In this document: one piece after another, positions 1-10,440 of the stretch
How the letters are laid out: each line of letters starts with the position of its first letter
How positions within the stretch are numbered: position 1 is the first letter of the stretch
Assembly (NCBI RefSeq): GCF_050920415.1
Contig: NZ_CP169309.1
Length of the DNA: 64,000 bases
Source: Escherichia coli
GTDB taxonomy: Bacteria; Pseudomonadota; Gammaproteobacteria; Enterobacterales; Enterobacteriaceae
Reading direction: 5' to 3' (one strand)
The notes under the pieces: generated by a model
The model's input: only the letters and a program-made list of their open reading frames with translations
The model's database searches: none
What the model was told of the DNA's origin: nothing
Position numbers and translations under genes: made by a program

Positions 1-224
1 TAACCCTCAGCAAGAAAGGCCAGCTCAGGGAGTTTTTTCCAGCCCGTAAGTCGTTTATTCAGGTCGAAAGCTGACGGAATTTTTCCGCCCGCGTCATGAA
101 TGCTCAGTGTTTCATTCAGTGCATAGTTCCAGACAAAGCGAGCGCAACCGCACAACTGACGCAACCTTTGCGCCTGCTGGTCAGTGGGGTAGAGCCTGTA
201 TTTATATGCTTTCTGGATTAACAT
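1..224 (-). CDS. tnpB: IS605-family TnpB (OrfB) N-terminal fragment; gene continues beyond window start
   Basis: Reverse strand from ATG at 224 reads MLIQKAYKYRLYPTDQQAQRLRQLCGCARFVWNYALNE..., the characteristic TnpB N-terminus (AYKYRLYPT...FGCxRFVxNxAL); divergent from tnpA; truncated by window edge. Confidence 0.6.
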   Translation of the reverse strand, partial: MLIQKAYKYRLYPTDQQAQRLRQLCGCARFVWNYALNETLSIHDAGGKIPSAFDLNKRLTGWKKLPELAFLAEG

Positions 225-236
225 TTTGCATTCAGT

Positions 237-689
237 ATGTGGTTATTTAGAATGTACAATATATCCACATTTTTTTGGGAGGATCAATACGTGTGCGAAA
301 TCAATCGTTCACGCTATTCAGCTTACCTGTTGCATGTTCACGTTGTTTTTATGACAAAATACCGCCGTCCAGTTTTTGGTGAATTGCATCATGCAAACAT
401 GCGTCAGTATGTAGCGGAGGTATGCGCGGACTTTGGCGCCGAGTTAAAGGAATGTGACGGCGAGGCAGATCATGTTCACATGCTGATTGAATACCCACCG
501 TTGGTGCAACTCACAAAGCTGGTAAACAGCCTTAAGTCCGTTACCAGTAGGCGGCTGCGGAATGATTTTATTGATTTGCGCGCCGCGTATTCAAAGCCCG
601 TACTCTGGTCACGCTCTTATTTCATCGGTTCATGTGGTGGAGCACCGCTGGAAGTTGTGAAAAAGTATATTCAGAATCAGCGTGGCTGA
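237..689 (+). CDS. tnpA: IS200/IS605-family Y1 (HuH) transposase TnpA
   Basis: 150-aa ORF with HVHVVF...KYRRPVF, HuH motif HVHMLIEYPP and C-terminal catalytic Tyr region WSRSYFIGSCGGAPLEVVKKYIQNQ; true start may be an internal Met/GTG (252 or 291). Confidence 0.8.
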   Translation: MWLFRMYNISTFFWEDQYVCEINRSRYSAYLLHVHVVFMTKYRRPVFGELHHANMRQYVAEVCADFGAELKECDGEADHVHMLIEYPPLVQLTKLVNSLKSVTSRRLRNDFIDLRAAYSKPVLWSRSYFIGSCGGAPLEVVKKYIQNQRG

Positions 690-759
690 TAAACTGCGGG
701 CTTAACAGCCCAAATTCCCCTCCCGCCTACGTTGGGGGGGAGTACCCAGTGGAGGAAGG

Positions 760-2061
760 ATGGCTCAGGAAATCGAATTAAAGTTTATTGTTAATCACAG
801 TGCCGTTGAGGCGTTGCGTGACCATCTCAATACGCTGGGCGGCGAGCACCATGACCCCGTGCAGTTGCTGAATATTTACTACGAAACGCTGGATAACTGG
901 CTGCGTGGGCACGACATGGGCTTACGTATCCGTGGCGAAAACGGTCGCTATGAGATGACCATGAAAGTTGCAGGAAGAGTGACAGGCGGCTTACACCAGC
1001 GCCCGGAATATAACGTGGCGTTGAGCGAACCGACGCTCGACCTGGCGCAGTTACCGACGGAAGTCTGGCCGAACGGTGAGTTACCAGCCGATCTCGCGTC
1101 CCGCGTGAAGCCACTGTTCAGCACCGATTTTTATCGCGAAAAATGGTTGGTGGAGGTCGATGGCAGCAGCATTGAAATCGCTCTCGATCAGGGCGAGGTG
1201 AAAGCGGGTGAATTTGCTGAGCCTATCTGCGAGCTGGAACTGGAGTTGCTTAGCGGCGATACGCGCGCGGTACTGAAACTGGCGAACCAACTGGTATCGC
1301 AAACCGGATTACGTCAGGGCAGCCTGAGCAAAGCCGCGCGCGGCTATAATCTGGCGCAGGGCAATCCCGCGCGTGAAATCAAACCGACCACCATTTTGCA
1401 TGTTGCGGCAAAAGCTGATGTGGAACAGGGGCTGGAAGCGGCGCTCGAGCTGGCGTTAGCGCAATGGCAGTATCATGAAGAACTGTGGGTACGTGGCAAC
1501 GATACGGCGAAAGAGCAGGTGCTGGCAGCCATCGGTCTGGTCCGTCATACGCTGATGCTGTTCGGCGGTATTGTGCCGCGTAAAGCGAGCACTCACTTAC
1601 GTGATTTGCTGACTCAATGCGAAGCGACCATCGCTTCAGCGGTGTCTGCCGTAACGGCGGTCTACTCTACCGAAACGGCGATGGCGAAGCTGGCGTTGAC
1701 CGAATGGCTGGTAAGCAAAGCCTGGCAGCCGTTTTTAGATGCCAAAGCGCAGGGCAAAATCAGCGATTCTTTCAAACGCTTTGCCGATATCCATCTTTCC
1801 CGCCATGCCGCTGAACTGAAAAGCGTTTTCTGCCAGCCATTAGGCGATCGCTACCGTGACCAATTGCCGCGCCTGACGCGTGACATTGACTCAATATTGT
1901 TGCTGGCGGGTTACTACGATCCTCTCGTCGCGCAAGCCTGGCTGGAGAACTGGCAGGGACTGCGTCATGCCATTGCGACCGGGCAACGCATTGAAATTGA
2001 ACATTTCCGTAATGAGGCAAACAATCAGGAACCGTTCTGGTTGCACAGCGGAAAACGTTAA
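760..2061 (+). CDS. ygiF: Inorganic triphosphatase (CYTH-CHAD protein)
   Basis: 433-aa ORF recognised as YgiF; RBS GGAGGAAGG upstream; precedes glnE. Confidence 0.9.
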   Translation: MAQEIELKFIVNHSAVEALRDHLNTLGGEHHDPVQLLNIYYETLDNWLRGHDMGLRIRGENGRYEMTMKVAGRVTGGLHQRPEYNVALSEPTLDLAQLPTEVWPNGELPADLASRVKPLFSTDFYREKWLVEVDGSSIEIALDQGEVKAGEFAEPICELELELLSGDTRAVLKLANQLVSQTGLRQGSLSKAARGYNLAQGNPAREIKPTTILHVAAKADVEQGLEAALELALAQWQYHEELWVRGNDTAKEQVLAAIGLVRHTLMLFGGIVPRKASTHLRDLLTQCEATIASAVSAVTAVYSTETAMAKLALTEWLVSKAWQPFLDAKAQGKISDSFKRFADIHLSRHAAELKSVFCQPLGDRYRDQLPRLTRDIDSILLLAGYYDPLVAQAWLENWQGLRHAIATGQRIEIEHFRNEANNQEPFWLHSGKR

Positions 2062-2083
2062 TCAGGCAAGGATAAAATCGCTT

Positions 2084-4924
2084 ATGAAGCCGCTCTCTTC
2101 ACCGTTACAGCAGTACTGGCAGACCGTTGTTGAGCGGCTGCCAGCGCCTTTAGCCGAGGAATCACTTAGTGCACAGGCGAAGTCAGTACTTACTTTTAGT
2201 GATTTTCTGCAGGACAGCATAATTGCGCATCCAGAGTGGCTGACGGAACTGGAAAGCCAACCGCCGCAGGCCGACGAATGGCAGCATTACACTGCATGGT
2301 TGCAGGAGGCGCTCAGTAATGTGAGTGACGAAGCCGGGTTAATGCGCGAGCTGCGGCTATTCCGGCGGCGCATTATGGTGCGCATCGCCTGGGCGCAAAC
2401 GCTGGCACTGGTTACTGAAGAGAGCATTTTGCAGCAGCTCAGTCATCTGGCGGAGACGCTGATTGTTGCGGCGCGTGACTGGCTGTATGACGCTTGCTGC
2501 CGCGAGTGGGGAACGCCGTGCAATGCGCAGGGCGAAGCGCAACCGCTGCTGATTTTAGGCATGGGTAAGCTGGGCGGTGGGGAGCTGAATTTCTCCTCAG
2601 ATATCGATCTGATTTTTGCCTGGCCGGAACATGGTTGCACGCAGGGCGGACGCAGGGAACTGGATAACGCTCAGTTCTTTACCCGCATGGGTCAGCGGCT
2701 GATTAAAGTGCTGGATCAACCAACGCAGGATGGCTTCGTCTATCGCGTGGATATGCGACTGCGTCCGTTTGGCGAAAGTGGCCCGCTGGTGCTGAGCTTT
2801 GCGGCACTGGAAGACTATTACCAGGAGCAGGGGCGCGACTGGGAGCGATACGCCATGGTCAAGGCGCGGATTATGGGCGATAGCGACGGCGTCTATGCTA
2901 ACGAGTTGCGTGCGATGCTGCGCCCGTTTGTTTTCCGCCGTTACATCGATTTCAGCGTGATCCAGTCGCTGCGCAACATGAAAGGAATGATTGCCCGTGA
3001 AGTGCGCCGACGCGGTTTGACCGACAACATCAAACTTGGCGCGGGTGGCATTCGCGAAATTGAATTTATCGTCCAGGTATTCCAGCTCATTCGCGGCGGG
3101 CGCGAACCGTCGCTGCAATCGCGCTCTTTACTGCCAACGCTCAGCGCCATTGCCGCGCTGCATCTGCTTTCTGAAAACGATGCTGAACAATTGCGAGTGG
3201 CGTATCTGTTCCTGCGGCGCCTGGAAAACCTGCTGCAAAGCATTAACGACGAACAAACCCAGACACTTCCTTCTGATGAGCTTAACCGTGCGCGGCTGGC
3301 GTGGGCGATGGACTTTGCTGACTGGCCGCAACTGACCGGGGCGCTGACCGGACATATGACCAATGTGCGCCGGGTGTTTAACGAATTGATTGGCGATGAC
3401 GAAAGCGAAACTCAGGAAGAGTCGCTGTCGGAACAGTGGCGTGAGCTGTGGCAGGATGCGTTGCAGGAAGATGACACTACGCCAGTACTGGCGCATCTTA
3501 GCGAAGATGATCGCAAACAGGTGCTAACACTGATTGCCGATTTCCGCAAAGAGCTGGATAAGCGCACAATCGGGCCGCGAGGACGTCAGGTGCTCGACCA
3601 TCTGATGCCGCATCTGCTAAGTGATGTCTGTGCGCGTGAAGACGCTGCTGTCACGCTGTCGCGCATTACCGCCTTGCTGGTGGGGATTGTTACCCGCACT
3701 ACCTATTTAGAATTGCTTAGTGAATTCCCCGCGGCGCTTAAGCATTTGATTTCTCTGTGTGCCGCATCGCCGATGATTGCCAGCCAACTGGCGCGTTATC
3801 CATTATTGCTGGACGAACTGCTCGATCCAAACACTCTCTACCAGCCGACGGCGACGGATGCCTACCGTGATGAACTGCGCCAGTATTTGCTGCGCGTGCC
3901 GGAAGATGACGAAGAGCAACAGCTTGAGGCGCTGCGTCAGTTCAAACAGGCGCAACTTTTACGCATCGCGGCGGCGGATATCGCCGGTACGCTACCGGTC
4001 ATGAAAGTGAGCGATCACTTAACCTGGCTGGCAGAAGCCATGATAGATGCTGTCGTACAACAGGCATGGGTTCAAATGGTTGCCCGCTACGGTAAGCCAA
4101 ATCACCTGAACGAACGCGAAGGGCGTGGTTTTGCGGTGGTCGGCTACGGCAAGCTGGGCGGCTGGGAGTTAGGCTACAGTTCCGATCTTGACCTGATCTT
4201 CCTCCATGATTGCCCAATGGATGCAATGACTGACGGCGAGCGGGAAATCGACGGACGACAGTTTTATCTGCGTCTGGCGCAACGCATTATGCATCTGTTC
4301 AGTACGCGCACCTCTTCCGGCATTTTGTATGAAGTGGATGCTCGACTGCGTCCGTCCGGGGCGGCGGGAATGCTGGTCACCTCTGCAGAAGCGTTTGCCG
4401 ATTATCAGAAAAACGAGGCCTGGACGTGGGAACATCAGGCGCTGGTGCGTGCGCGTGTAGTGTACGGCGATCCGCAGCTCACCGCGCACTTTGACGCGGT
4501 GCGTCGCGAGATTATGACGCTGCCGCGTGAAGGTAAAACTCTGCAAACGGAAGTGCGGGAAATGCGCGAGAAAATGCGCGCTCATCTCGGCAATAAACAT
4601 CGCGATCGCTTTGATATCAAAGCCGATGAAGGCGGAATTACCGATATCGAATTTATTACCCAATATCTGGTGTTGCGCTACGCTCATGAAAAACCGAAGT
4701 TAACGCGCTGGTCAGACAACGTGCGTATTCTGGAGCTGCTGGCGCAAAACGACATTATGGAAGAGCAGGAAGCGATGGTGCTGACCCGTGCTTACACTAC
4801 GCTGCGCGATGAACTTCATCATCTGGCATTACAGGAATTGCCGGGCCATGTGTCGGAGGATTGCTTCACCGCAGAGCGTGATCTGGTGCGGGCAAGCTGG
4901 CAGAAGTGGCTGGTGGAAGAATGA
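2084..4924 (+). CDS. glnE: Bifunctional glutamine synthetase adenylyltransferase / adenylyl-removing enzyme
   Basis: 946 aa from ATG 2084 (track ORF 1880.. is a 5' extension overlapping ygiF); duplicated nucleotidyltransferase motifs [18 protein letters not shown] and [18 protein letters not shown]. Confidence 0.95.
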   Translation: MKPLSSPLQQYWQTVVERLPAPLAEESLSAQAKSVLTFSDFLQDSIIAHPEWLTELESQPPQADEWQHYTAWLQEALSNVSDEAGLMRELRLFRRRIMVRIAWAQTLALVTEESILQQLSHLAETLIVAARDWLYDACCREWGTPCNAQGEAQPLLILGMGKLGGGELNFSSDIDLIFAWPEHGCTQGGRRELDNAQFFTRMGQRLIKVLDQPTQDGFVYRVDMRLRPFGESGPLVLSFAALEDYYQEQGRDWERYAMVKARIMGDSDGVYANELRAMLRPFVFRRYIDFSVIQSLRNMKGMIAREVRRRGLTDNIKLGAGGIREIEFIVQVFQLIRGGREPSLQSRSLLPTLSAIAALHLLSENDAEQLRVAYLFLRRLENLLQSINDEQTQTLPSDELNRARLAWAMDFADWPQLTGALTGHMTNVRRVFNELIGDDESETQEESLSEQWRELWQDALQEDDTTPVLAHLSEDDRKQVLTLIADFRKELDKRTIGPRGRQVLDHLMPHLLSDVCAREDAAVTLSRITALLVGIVTRTTYLELLSEFPAALKHLISLCAASPMIASQLARYPLLLDELLDPNTLYQPTATDAYRDELRQYLLRVPEDDEEQQLEALRQFKQAQLLRIAAADIAGTLPVMKVSDHLTWLAEAMIDAVVQQAWVQMVARYGKPNHLNEREGRGFAVVGYGKLGGWELGYSSDLDLIFLHDCPMDAMTDGEREIDGRQFYLRLAQRIMHLFSTRTSSGILYEVDARLRPSGAAGMLVTSAEAFADYQKNEAWTWEHQALVRARVVYGDPQLTAHFDAVRREIMTLPREGKTLQTEVREMREKMRAHLGNKHRDRFDIKADEGGITDIEFITQYLVLRYAHEKPKLTRWSDNVRILELLAQNDIMEEQEAMVLTRAYTTLRDELHHLALQELPGHVSEDCFTAERDLVRASWQKWLVEE

Positions 4925-4971
4925 AGTATGGTATTATCGCGCGCAAATTTTGAATCTCTCAGGAGACAGGA

Positions 4972-6405
4972 ATGAAAGTAACGCTGCCAGAGTTTGAACG
5001 TGCAGGAGTGATGGTGGTTGGTGATGTGATGCTGGATCGTTACTGGTACGGTCCCACCAGCCGTATCTCGCCGGAAGCGCCGGTGCCCGTGGTTAAAGTG
5101 AATACCATCGAAGAACGTCCGGGCGGCGCGGCTAACGTGGCGATGAATATCGCTTCTCTCGGTGCTAATGCACGCCTGGTCGGGTTGACGGGCATTGACG
5201 ATGCGGCGCGCGCGCTGAGTAAATCTCTGGCCGACGTCAACGTCAAATGCGACTTCGTTTCTGTACCGACGCATCCGACCATCACCAAATTACGGGTACT
5301 TTCCCGCAACCAACAGCTGATCCGTCTGGATTTTGAAGAAGGTTTCGAAGGGGTTGATCCGCAGCCGCTGCACGAGCGGATTAATCAGGCGCTGAGTTCG
5401 ATTGGCGCGCTGGTGCTCTCTGACTACGCGAAAGGTGCGCTGGCAAGCGTGCAGCAGATGATCCAACTGGCGCGTAAAGCGGGCGTTCCGGTGCTGATTG
5501 ATCCAAAAGGCACCGATTTTGAGCGCTACCGCGGCGCTACGCTGTTAACGCCGAATCTCTCGGAATTTGAAGCTGTTGTCGGTAAATGTAAGACCGAAGA
5601 AGAGATTGTTGAGCGCGGAATGAAACTGATTGCCGATTACGAATTCTCGGCTCTGTTGGTGACCCGTTCCGAACAAGGGATGTCGCTGCTGCAACCGGGT
5701 AAAGAGCCGCTGCATATGCCAACCCAGGCGCAGGAAGTGTATGACGTCACCGGTGCGGGCGATACGGTGATTGGTGTGCTGGCAGCAACGCTGGCGGCGG
5801 GTAATTCGCTGGAAGAAGCCTGCTTCTTTGCCAACGCGGCGGCCGGTGTGGTGGTTGGCAAACTGGGAACATCCACGGTTTCGCCGATCGAGCTGGAAAA
5901 TGCAGTACGTGGACGTGCAGATACCGGCTTTGGTGTGATGACCGAAGAGGAACTGAAGCTTGCTGTAGCGGCGGCGCGTAAACGCGGTGAAAAAGTGGTG
6001 ATGACCAATGGCGTCTTCGACATCCTGCACGCCGGGCACGTCTCCTATCTGGCAAATGCCCGCAAACTGGGTGACCGCCTGATTGTCGCTGTGAACAGCG
6101 ATGCCTCCACCAAACGGCTGAAAGGGGATTCCCGCCCCGTTAACCCTCTCGAACAGCGTATGATTGTGCTGGGGGCACTGGAAGCGGTCGACTGGGTGGT
6201 GTCGTTTGAAGAAGACACGCCGCAGCGCTTGATCGCCGGGATCTTGCCAGACCTGCTGGTGAAAGGCGGCGACTATAAACCAGAAGAGATTGCCGGGAGT
6301 AAAGAAGTCTGGGCCAACGGTGGCGAAGTGCTGGTGCTCAACTTCGAAGACGGTTGCTCAACCACTAACATTATCAAGAAGATCCAGCAGGATAAAAAAG
6401 GCTAA
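4972..6405 (+). CDS. hldE: Bifunctional D-glycero-beta-D-manno-heptose-7-phosphate kinase / heptose-1-phosphate adenylyltransferase
   Basis: 477-aa ORF; N-terminal ribokinase-like and C-terminal cytidylyltransferase-like halves; RBS AGGAGACAGG. Confidence 0.95.
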   Translation: MKVTLPEFERAGVMVVGDVMLDRYWYGPTSRISPEAPVPVVKVNTIEERPGGAANVAMNIASLGANARLVGLTGIDDAARALSKSLADVNVKCDFVSVPTHPTITKLRVLSRNQQLIRLDFEEGFEGVDPQPLHERINQALSSIGALVLSDYAKGALASVQQMIQLARKAGVPVLIDPKGTDFERYRGATLLTPNLSEFEAVVGKCKTEEEIVERGMKLIADYEFSALLVTRSEQGMSLLQPGKEPLHMPTQAQEVYDVTGAGDTVIGVLAATLAAGNSLEEACFFANAAAGVVVGKLGTSTVSPIELENAVRGRADTGFGVMTEEELKLAVAAARKRGEKVVMTNGVFDILHAGHVSYLANARKLGDRLIVAVNSDASTKRLKGDSRPVNPLEQRMIVLGALEAVDWVVSFEEDTPQRLIAGILPDLLVKGGDYKPEEIAGSKEVWANGGEVLVLNFEDGCSTTNIIKKIQQDKKG

Positions 6406-6485
6406 CCGGAAAGCGGTTCACAGTTCTCGCGTTGTGCCGGATAGTCCTATTGACGCTGTTGTTTTTTCAACCTAAAGTAAAGGAA

Positions 6486-6627
6486 CAAGGGTAAGGGAGG
6501 ATTTCTCCCCCCTCTGAATGGCCGTTAATAAGCGTGGAAACTTATCAGTAACAGCACAATCAGTATGATGACGAACTTCATCATAACCCTTTCCTTATAC
6601 AAGGCCCCTTCTTCGGGAGGGGCTTTC
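6486..6627 (+). ncRNA. sib: Sib-type antisense sRNA (antitoxin of ibs), copy 1
   Basis: Promoter TTGACG-17 bp-TAAAGT at about 6450-6478; fully overlaps the ibs ORF on the opposite strand; terminator hairpin GCCCCTtcttcgggAGGGGC followed by TTT at about 6604-6626. Confidence 0.55.
6525..6584 (-). CDS. ibs: Ibs-family small hydrophobic toxin (19 aa, MMKFVIILIVLLLISFHAY)
   Basis: 19-codon ORF on minus strand, translated by hand; too short for the ORF track; matches the Ibs toxin pattern MMK-hydrophobic-SF-AY. Confidence 0.7.
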   Translation of the reverse strand: MMKFVIILIVLLLISFHAY

Positions 6628-6861
6628 CCGTTTCAGCCCCTTGCTGATTCCCCGATTGTTGATGAGCGCCAGACCCCGCGCAATGCTTTCCCTGATGCAC
6701 TTTTCTCTTCCCCGAGTCGGCTCGCAAAACGCTGTAACAACCTGATCATTTGTACTTTTTAGCGGAACGCAGATATAAAAAATCCCCGGCTTTTTGGGCC
6801 AGGGATATGTGTTAATGAAACCTTCTTGACGCTGATTTTTTTTCAACCTAAAGTAAAGGAA

Positions 6862-7003
6862 CAAGGGTAAGGGAGGATTTCTCCCCCCTCTGAATTGGTT
6901 GTTAGTAAGTCGGGAAACTTAACAGTAACAACACAATCAGTATGATGACGAACTTCATCATAACCCTTTCCTTATACAAGGCCCCTTCCTCGGGAGGGGC
7001 TTT
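6862..7003 (+). ncRNA. sib: Sib-type antisense sRNA (antitoxin of ibs), copy 2
   Basis: Promoter TTGACG-17 bp-TAAAGT at about 6826-6854; terminator GCCCCTtcctcgggAGGGGC followed by TTT at about 6981-7003. Confidence 0.55.
6902..6961 (-). CDS. ibs: Ibs-family small hydrophobic toxin (19 aa, MMKFVIILIVLLLLSFPTY)
   Basis: 19-codon minus-strand ORF in the second repeat unit, translated by hand. Confidence 0.7.
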   Translation of the reverse strand: MMKFVIILIVLLLLSFPTY

Positions 7004-7199
7004 CCCGTTTCAGCCCCTTGCTGACTCCCCGATTGTTGATGAGCGCCAGACCCCGCGCAATGCTTTCTCTTATGCAGTTTTCTCTTCCCCGAGTCGGCTC
7101 GCAAAACGCTGTAACAACCTGATCATTTGTACTTTTTAGCGGAACACAGATATAAAAAATCCCCGACTTTTTGGGCCAGGGATGTTCATGGTTGAAAAT

Positions 7200-8861
7200 T
7201 TATTCTATGTTTTCTGCTACGGGAGTTGTTGAGGTTAAGGGTGAAGTCAATGCCGCTAGCGAGCCGCCTGAAACACCAATTTCATTGAGCAAGGAGTCAA
7301 TCAGCGGTGCCTGTGTGCGGTAAGAAAGCGCGGCTGATAACGCTTGTTCCGCCAGATTTCCTCCACCAACGCTACCTGATATTGCATCCCCTGCGGTACC
7401 ACCACGGTTCAGACCATCGACCTGAATAATCTTAATACCGTCGATAGACTTCATTGGTTCCACAGATTTCTCAATTACCGCAGGGAGCGCCTGCAACAAT
7501 GCCAGCTTGAATTTAAGGCTGGTTTGCTCGTCAGAAAGTACGTTGATAGCATCGTTCAGCGCACGTTGCGCTTCTGCTTCCGCCAGGCCTTTTTTACGCG
7601 TAGCTTCGGCTAACTCAACGATCGCCGCCGCCTGCATCTCTGCGGCTTCTTTCTCTGCTTTCGCCCGCACGGTCAGTTCAACCGCTTTGGTTTCTGCATC
7701 CTGCGCGGCAGCGATTAGGGCAACTTGTTTAGCACGATCGGCTTCTGCGGTCTGGCGAGTGGTTTCTACGTTTTGCTGGGCGCTTACCGCTTCTGCAAGT
7801 GCAAGGTTGGCACGCGCTTCCGTTTGTGACTGCTGTTCCGATTTGGCGGCAATAGCGATCGATTTCGTCTGGTTGGCGATTTCGGTGACCTGCTGCTGTT
7901 CGATCTCTTTAATGCGAACTTCACGTTCAGCTTCAACTTTTCTGGAACGGACGGCCTGTTCGCGGTCGATTTCCGTTTCCTGAATCTGTCGTTCAGCCAG
8001 AATTCGCGTCTGCTCTGCTTCCCGACGACGCTCGGCCTCAAAAGCCGCAATTTTCGCATTCTGCTCAGCGGTACGGGTTTTAACCTGCTGCTCCTGCTCA
8101 AGCGTCATAAACGCTTCTTGCTGTTCAATCTCCAGCTTCCGCGAAAGCGCATCACGGTTTTTCTCACGCACCGCAACTTCTACATCCTGTTCAACTTCGT
8201 TACGTTCGCGACGACGGCGCTCCGTCTCCTGCGTCAGCTTGGTTAAACCTTCGGCGTCAAAGGCGTTGTTAGGATTGAAATGTTCTTTCGACGTCTGGTT
8301 AAAGTTGGTAAGTGAAACGCTTTCCAGTTCCAGGCCGTTTTTCGACAGATCTTCAGCAACGGTATTTTGTACGCCCTGCACGAAGTTCTCGCGGGTATCC
8401 TGTAACTCATGCATGGTCATTTGTGCAGCTGTTGCACGGAGGGCATCGACAAATTTATCTTCAACCAACATACGTAAGTCTTCAGGCGACAGGGTGCGTT
8501 GCCCCAGCGTCTGGGCGGCGGTGGCAATACCTTCCACTGACGGTTTTACCCGCACAAAGAAAGCGACAACGACATCGACGCGCATACGATCTTTCGTAAT
8601 CAGGCTATCAATGGTTGAGCGGCTGACTTCCAGCTTCAGAGTATTCATATTGATGGGGATTATTTCATGAAAGATCGGCATCACGATTGCGCCACCGCTC
8701 ATTACCACTTTTTGCCCACCTAAACCAGTACGAACAAAAGCTTGCTCTGCCGAAGCGCGACGATAGAGCCTGGCGAAAATAATTCCAATAATTAACAGAA
8801 TGCATACGGCAATAATTGCGGTAAACATCCAGGAGGGCACAGAATTAACAATATCATCCAT
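7200..8861 (-). CDS. yqiK: SPFH / band 7 (flotillin-like) membrane protein with long coiled-coil region
   Basis: 553-aa ORF; N-terminal TM helix, SPFH-like region, Ala/Glu/Gln-rich coiled coil; downstream partner of yqiJ. Confidence 0.9.
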   Translation of the reverse strand: MDDIVNSVPSWMFTAIIAVCILLIIGIIFARLYRRASAEQAFVRTGLGGQKVVMSGGAIVMPIFHEIIPINMNTLKLEVSRSTIDSLITKDRMRVDVVVAFFVRVKPSVEGIATAAQTLGQRTLSPEDLRMLVEDKFVDALRATAAQMTMHELQDTRENFVQGVQNTVAEDLSKNGLELESVSLTNFNQTSKEHFNPNNAFDAEGLTKLTQETERRRRERNEVEQDVEVAVREKNRDALSRKLEIEQQEAFMTLEQEQQVKTRTAEQNAKIAAFEAERRREAEQTRILAERQIQETEIDREQAVRSRKVEAEREVRIKEIEQQQVTEIANQTKSIAIAAKSEQQSQTEARANLALAEAVSAQQNVETTRQTAEADRAKQVALIAAAQDAETKAVELTVRAKAEKEAAEMQAAAIVELAEATRKKGLAEAEAQRALNDAINVLSDEQTSLKFKLALLQALPAVIEKSVEPMKSIDGIKIIQVDGLNRGGTAGDAISGSVGGGNLAEQALSAALSYRTQAPLIDSLLNEIGVSGGSLAALTSPLTSTTPVAENIE

Positions 8862-8887
8862 TATTAAATTTCCTTTTGATTAATAAA

Positions 8888-9517
8888 TTACAGTATTTGG
8901 GGCCAGGGATTTTTTTCCGCCAAATATCGCGTTGCAGAAAGTCGGCAAATAATTAATACTTTGTCTCCTTTAGTGAAAGTTTTTTCTTCTTCAGGTTCCA
9001 GTAGTAAATAATGTATTTGGCCAAATTGATCGGTGAGTTTTCCTTCACAGGGGTTACCTGAAGTGGCCTGATGTCCGGTAATTAATGCCATGCAGCCAAT
9101 ATAATCGTCTTCTGTAATAGCAGTGCTATGATCTCGTGGTAACCAGGGCGCAATTCCTTTACCGGTATAATGCACTGCAATAATCGTTAGCAGTAAACTG
9201 ACAGGAACCACAAACAGATTTGTGAGTGGTGATTGCCAGACCATGATGCAGACCTGCTGTAGCAGGATGCCAATAAGGCCAAAAAAACCAGCATGTAAGC
9301 AGAGAACGACGAGAGCTGGCAATCTTCCAAAATTGAGATAATGAAGTGCCTGGCTAATATGACCTGTGGTTATGGAATCATAATGGTCAAGATGTGCATC
9401 AAGAGCACCGGAAAGCATGTGACCGCAGATAAGTGCAAAAATTTCTAAAAGGCCGATCAAAAGTACAAAAGAAATAGCGAAAAGATAAGGGGTGTTATAG
9501 TCAGCGAATAAACTCAT
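8888..9517 (-). CDS. yqiJ: NfeD-like inner membrane protein
   Basis: 209-aa ORF with multiple hydrophobic helices and C-terminal OB-like part; immediately upstream of yqiK. Confidence 0.85.
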   Translation of the reverse strand: MSLFADYNTPYLFAISFVLLIGLLEIFALICGHMLSGALDAHLDHYDSITTGHISQALHYLNFGRLPALVVLCLHAGFFGLIGILLQQVCIMVWQSPLTNLFVVPVSLLLTIIAVHYTGKGIAPWLPRDHSTAITEDDYIGCMALITGHQATSGNPCEGKLTDQFGQIHYLLLEPEEEKTFTKGDKVLIICRLSATRYLAEKNPWPQIL

Positions 9518-9786
9518 ATGTCACTCCAATGTCCATTTAGTGACGCAATATTTATTTTGCGATAATTTCCTTGCTTACATTTATCTTTGTTAATAATAAC
9601 ACATGTTAGAGATGTTCTGAAAGAGAAAGTCTTTTAATGTTGTTTTTTTATTTTTCACTAAAAAGTGTGATCGGGAACAATATATTTACGCACGTTATGT
9701 TTAAAGGCACTACACTGATTGGGGAATACTGAAATCAGAAAAAGCATATGGCCTTAAAAGGTATGCGATAACCGGAGGAGGTGCTT

Positions 9787-9987
9787 ATGGATCATAGTCT
9801 TAATTCTTTAAATAATTTCGATTTCCTGGCGCGTAGTTTTGCCAGAATGCACGCAGAAGGTCGCCCGGTCGATATTCTGGCCGTTACTGGTAACATGGAT
9901 GAAGAACATAGAACCTGGTTTTGCGCACGTTATGCCTGGTATTGCCAACAAATGATGCAAACCAGAGAACTGGAATTAGAACATTGA
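9787..9987 (+). CDS. glgS: Surface composition / glycogen-associated regulator GlgS
   Basis: 66 aa from [10 protein letters not shown] (track ORF has 2 extra codons); RBS GGAGGAGG upstream. Confidence 0.9.
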
Positions 9988-9991
9988 TATT

Positions 9992-10014
9992 ACGGGCCGT
10001 CTGGCCCGTTTTTG
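9992..10014 (+). terminator. Rho-independent terminator after glgS, shared 3' region with convergent ubiK
   Basis: ACGGGCCgtctGGCCCGT followed by TTTTT. Confidence 0.6.
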
Positions 10015-10021
10015 TGGTGCT

Positions 10022-10321
10022 TTATTCTGCTTTATCAACCGGCGGGATAGCCGGAGGAGATTGAAGATCTGCTACCGAATTATTGCGCGCTTCCAGTTCA
10101 CTGATGCGCTGCTCCAGTAATGCCAGTTTCTCACGAGTCCGTAACAGGACTTGCGTCTGTACGTCGAATTCTTCGCGGCTCACCAGATCGAGACGCGTCA
10201 ACTGCGCTTGTAGGGTTTGGCGGATTTTTTTCTCCACATCTTCCCCGAACTCCCTGATTCCTTTAGGCATTGATTCGTGAACCTGGCGAGCGATTTGCTC
10301 AATTTTTTTCGGGTCAATCAT
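10022..10321 (-). CDS. ubiK: Ubiquinone biosynthesis accessory factor UbiK (YqiC), coiled-coil
   Basis: About 99 aa from [14 protein letters not shown] (track ORF has a 20-codon extension); BMFP-type coiled-coil. Confidence 0.8.
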   Translation of the reverse strand: MIDPKKIEQIARQVHESMPKGIREFGEDVEKKIRQTLQAQLTRLDLVSREEFDVQTQVLLRTREKLALLEQRISELEARNNSVADLQSPPAIPPVDKAE

Positions 10322-10440
10322 TGTAGTTTCCCTGTACTGATAGGTGTTGAGTGCCATTGTAGTGCGATAAGGGTAAGTCATAAACCAGAATTATGTGAAG
10401 CTATGCGTTGCTGCCGCTAATCATTAGCGTTATAGTGAAT

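Larger units (their letters stand above)
1..745. mobile_element. Partial IS200/IS605-family insertion sequence (divergent tnpA/tnpB); one end lies about 690-745 with subterminal hairpins
   Basis: tnpA plus tnpB fragment; imperfect hairpins GGGCTtaacAGCCC and CCCCTCCC...GGGGGGGAG between tnpA stop and ygiF start. Confidence 0.55.
6449..7194. repeat. Tandem direct duplication of a ~372 bp unit (about 6449-6821 and 6822-7194), each unit an ibs/sib type I toxin-antitoxin locus
   Basis: Two near-identical units readable by eye, differing by a few substitutions; both begin TTGACGCTG...CAACCTAAAGTAAAGGAACAAGGGTAAGGGAGG. Confidence 0.85.

Noticed and set aside
1880-2083. 5' extension of the glnE track ORF overlapping the end of ygiF
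   Set aside because: GlnE starts at the ATG at 2084 ([13 protein letters not shown]), giving the expected 946 aa; the extension is an artefact of open reading frame continuity
6565-7139. Two identical-looking 65-aa plus-strand ORFs (6565..6762 and 6942..7139) in the tandem repeat
   Set aside because: They overlap the Sib-type sRNA and its terminator and lie antisense to the 19-codon ibs toxin ORFs; the repeat is better explained as ibs/sib type I toxin-antitoxin loci than as a protein-coding duplication
7507-7983. 158-aa plus-strand ORF inside yqiK
   Set aside because: Ser/Ala/Cys-rich low-complexity antisense translation of the yqiK coiled-coil region
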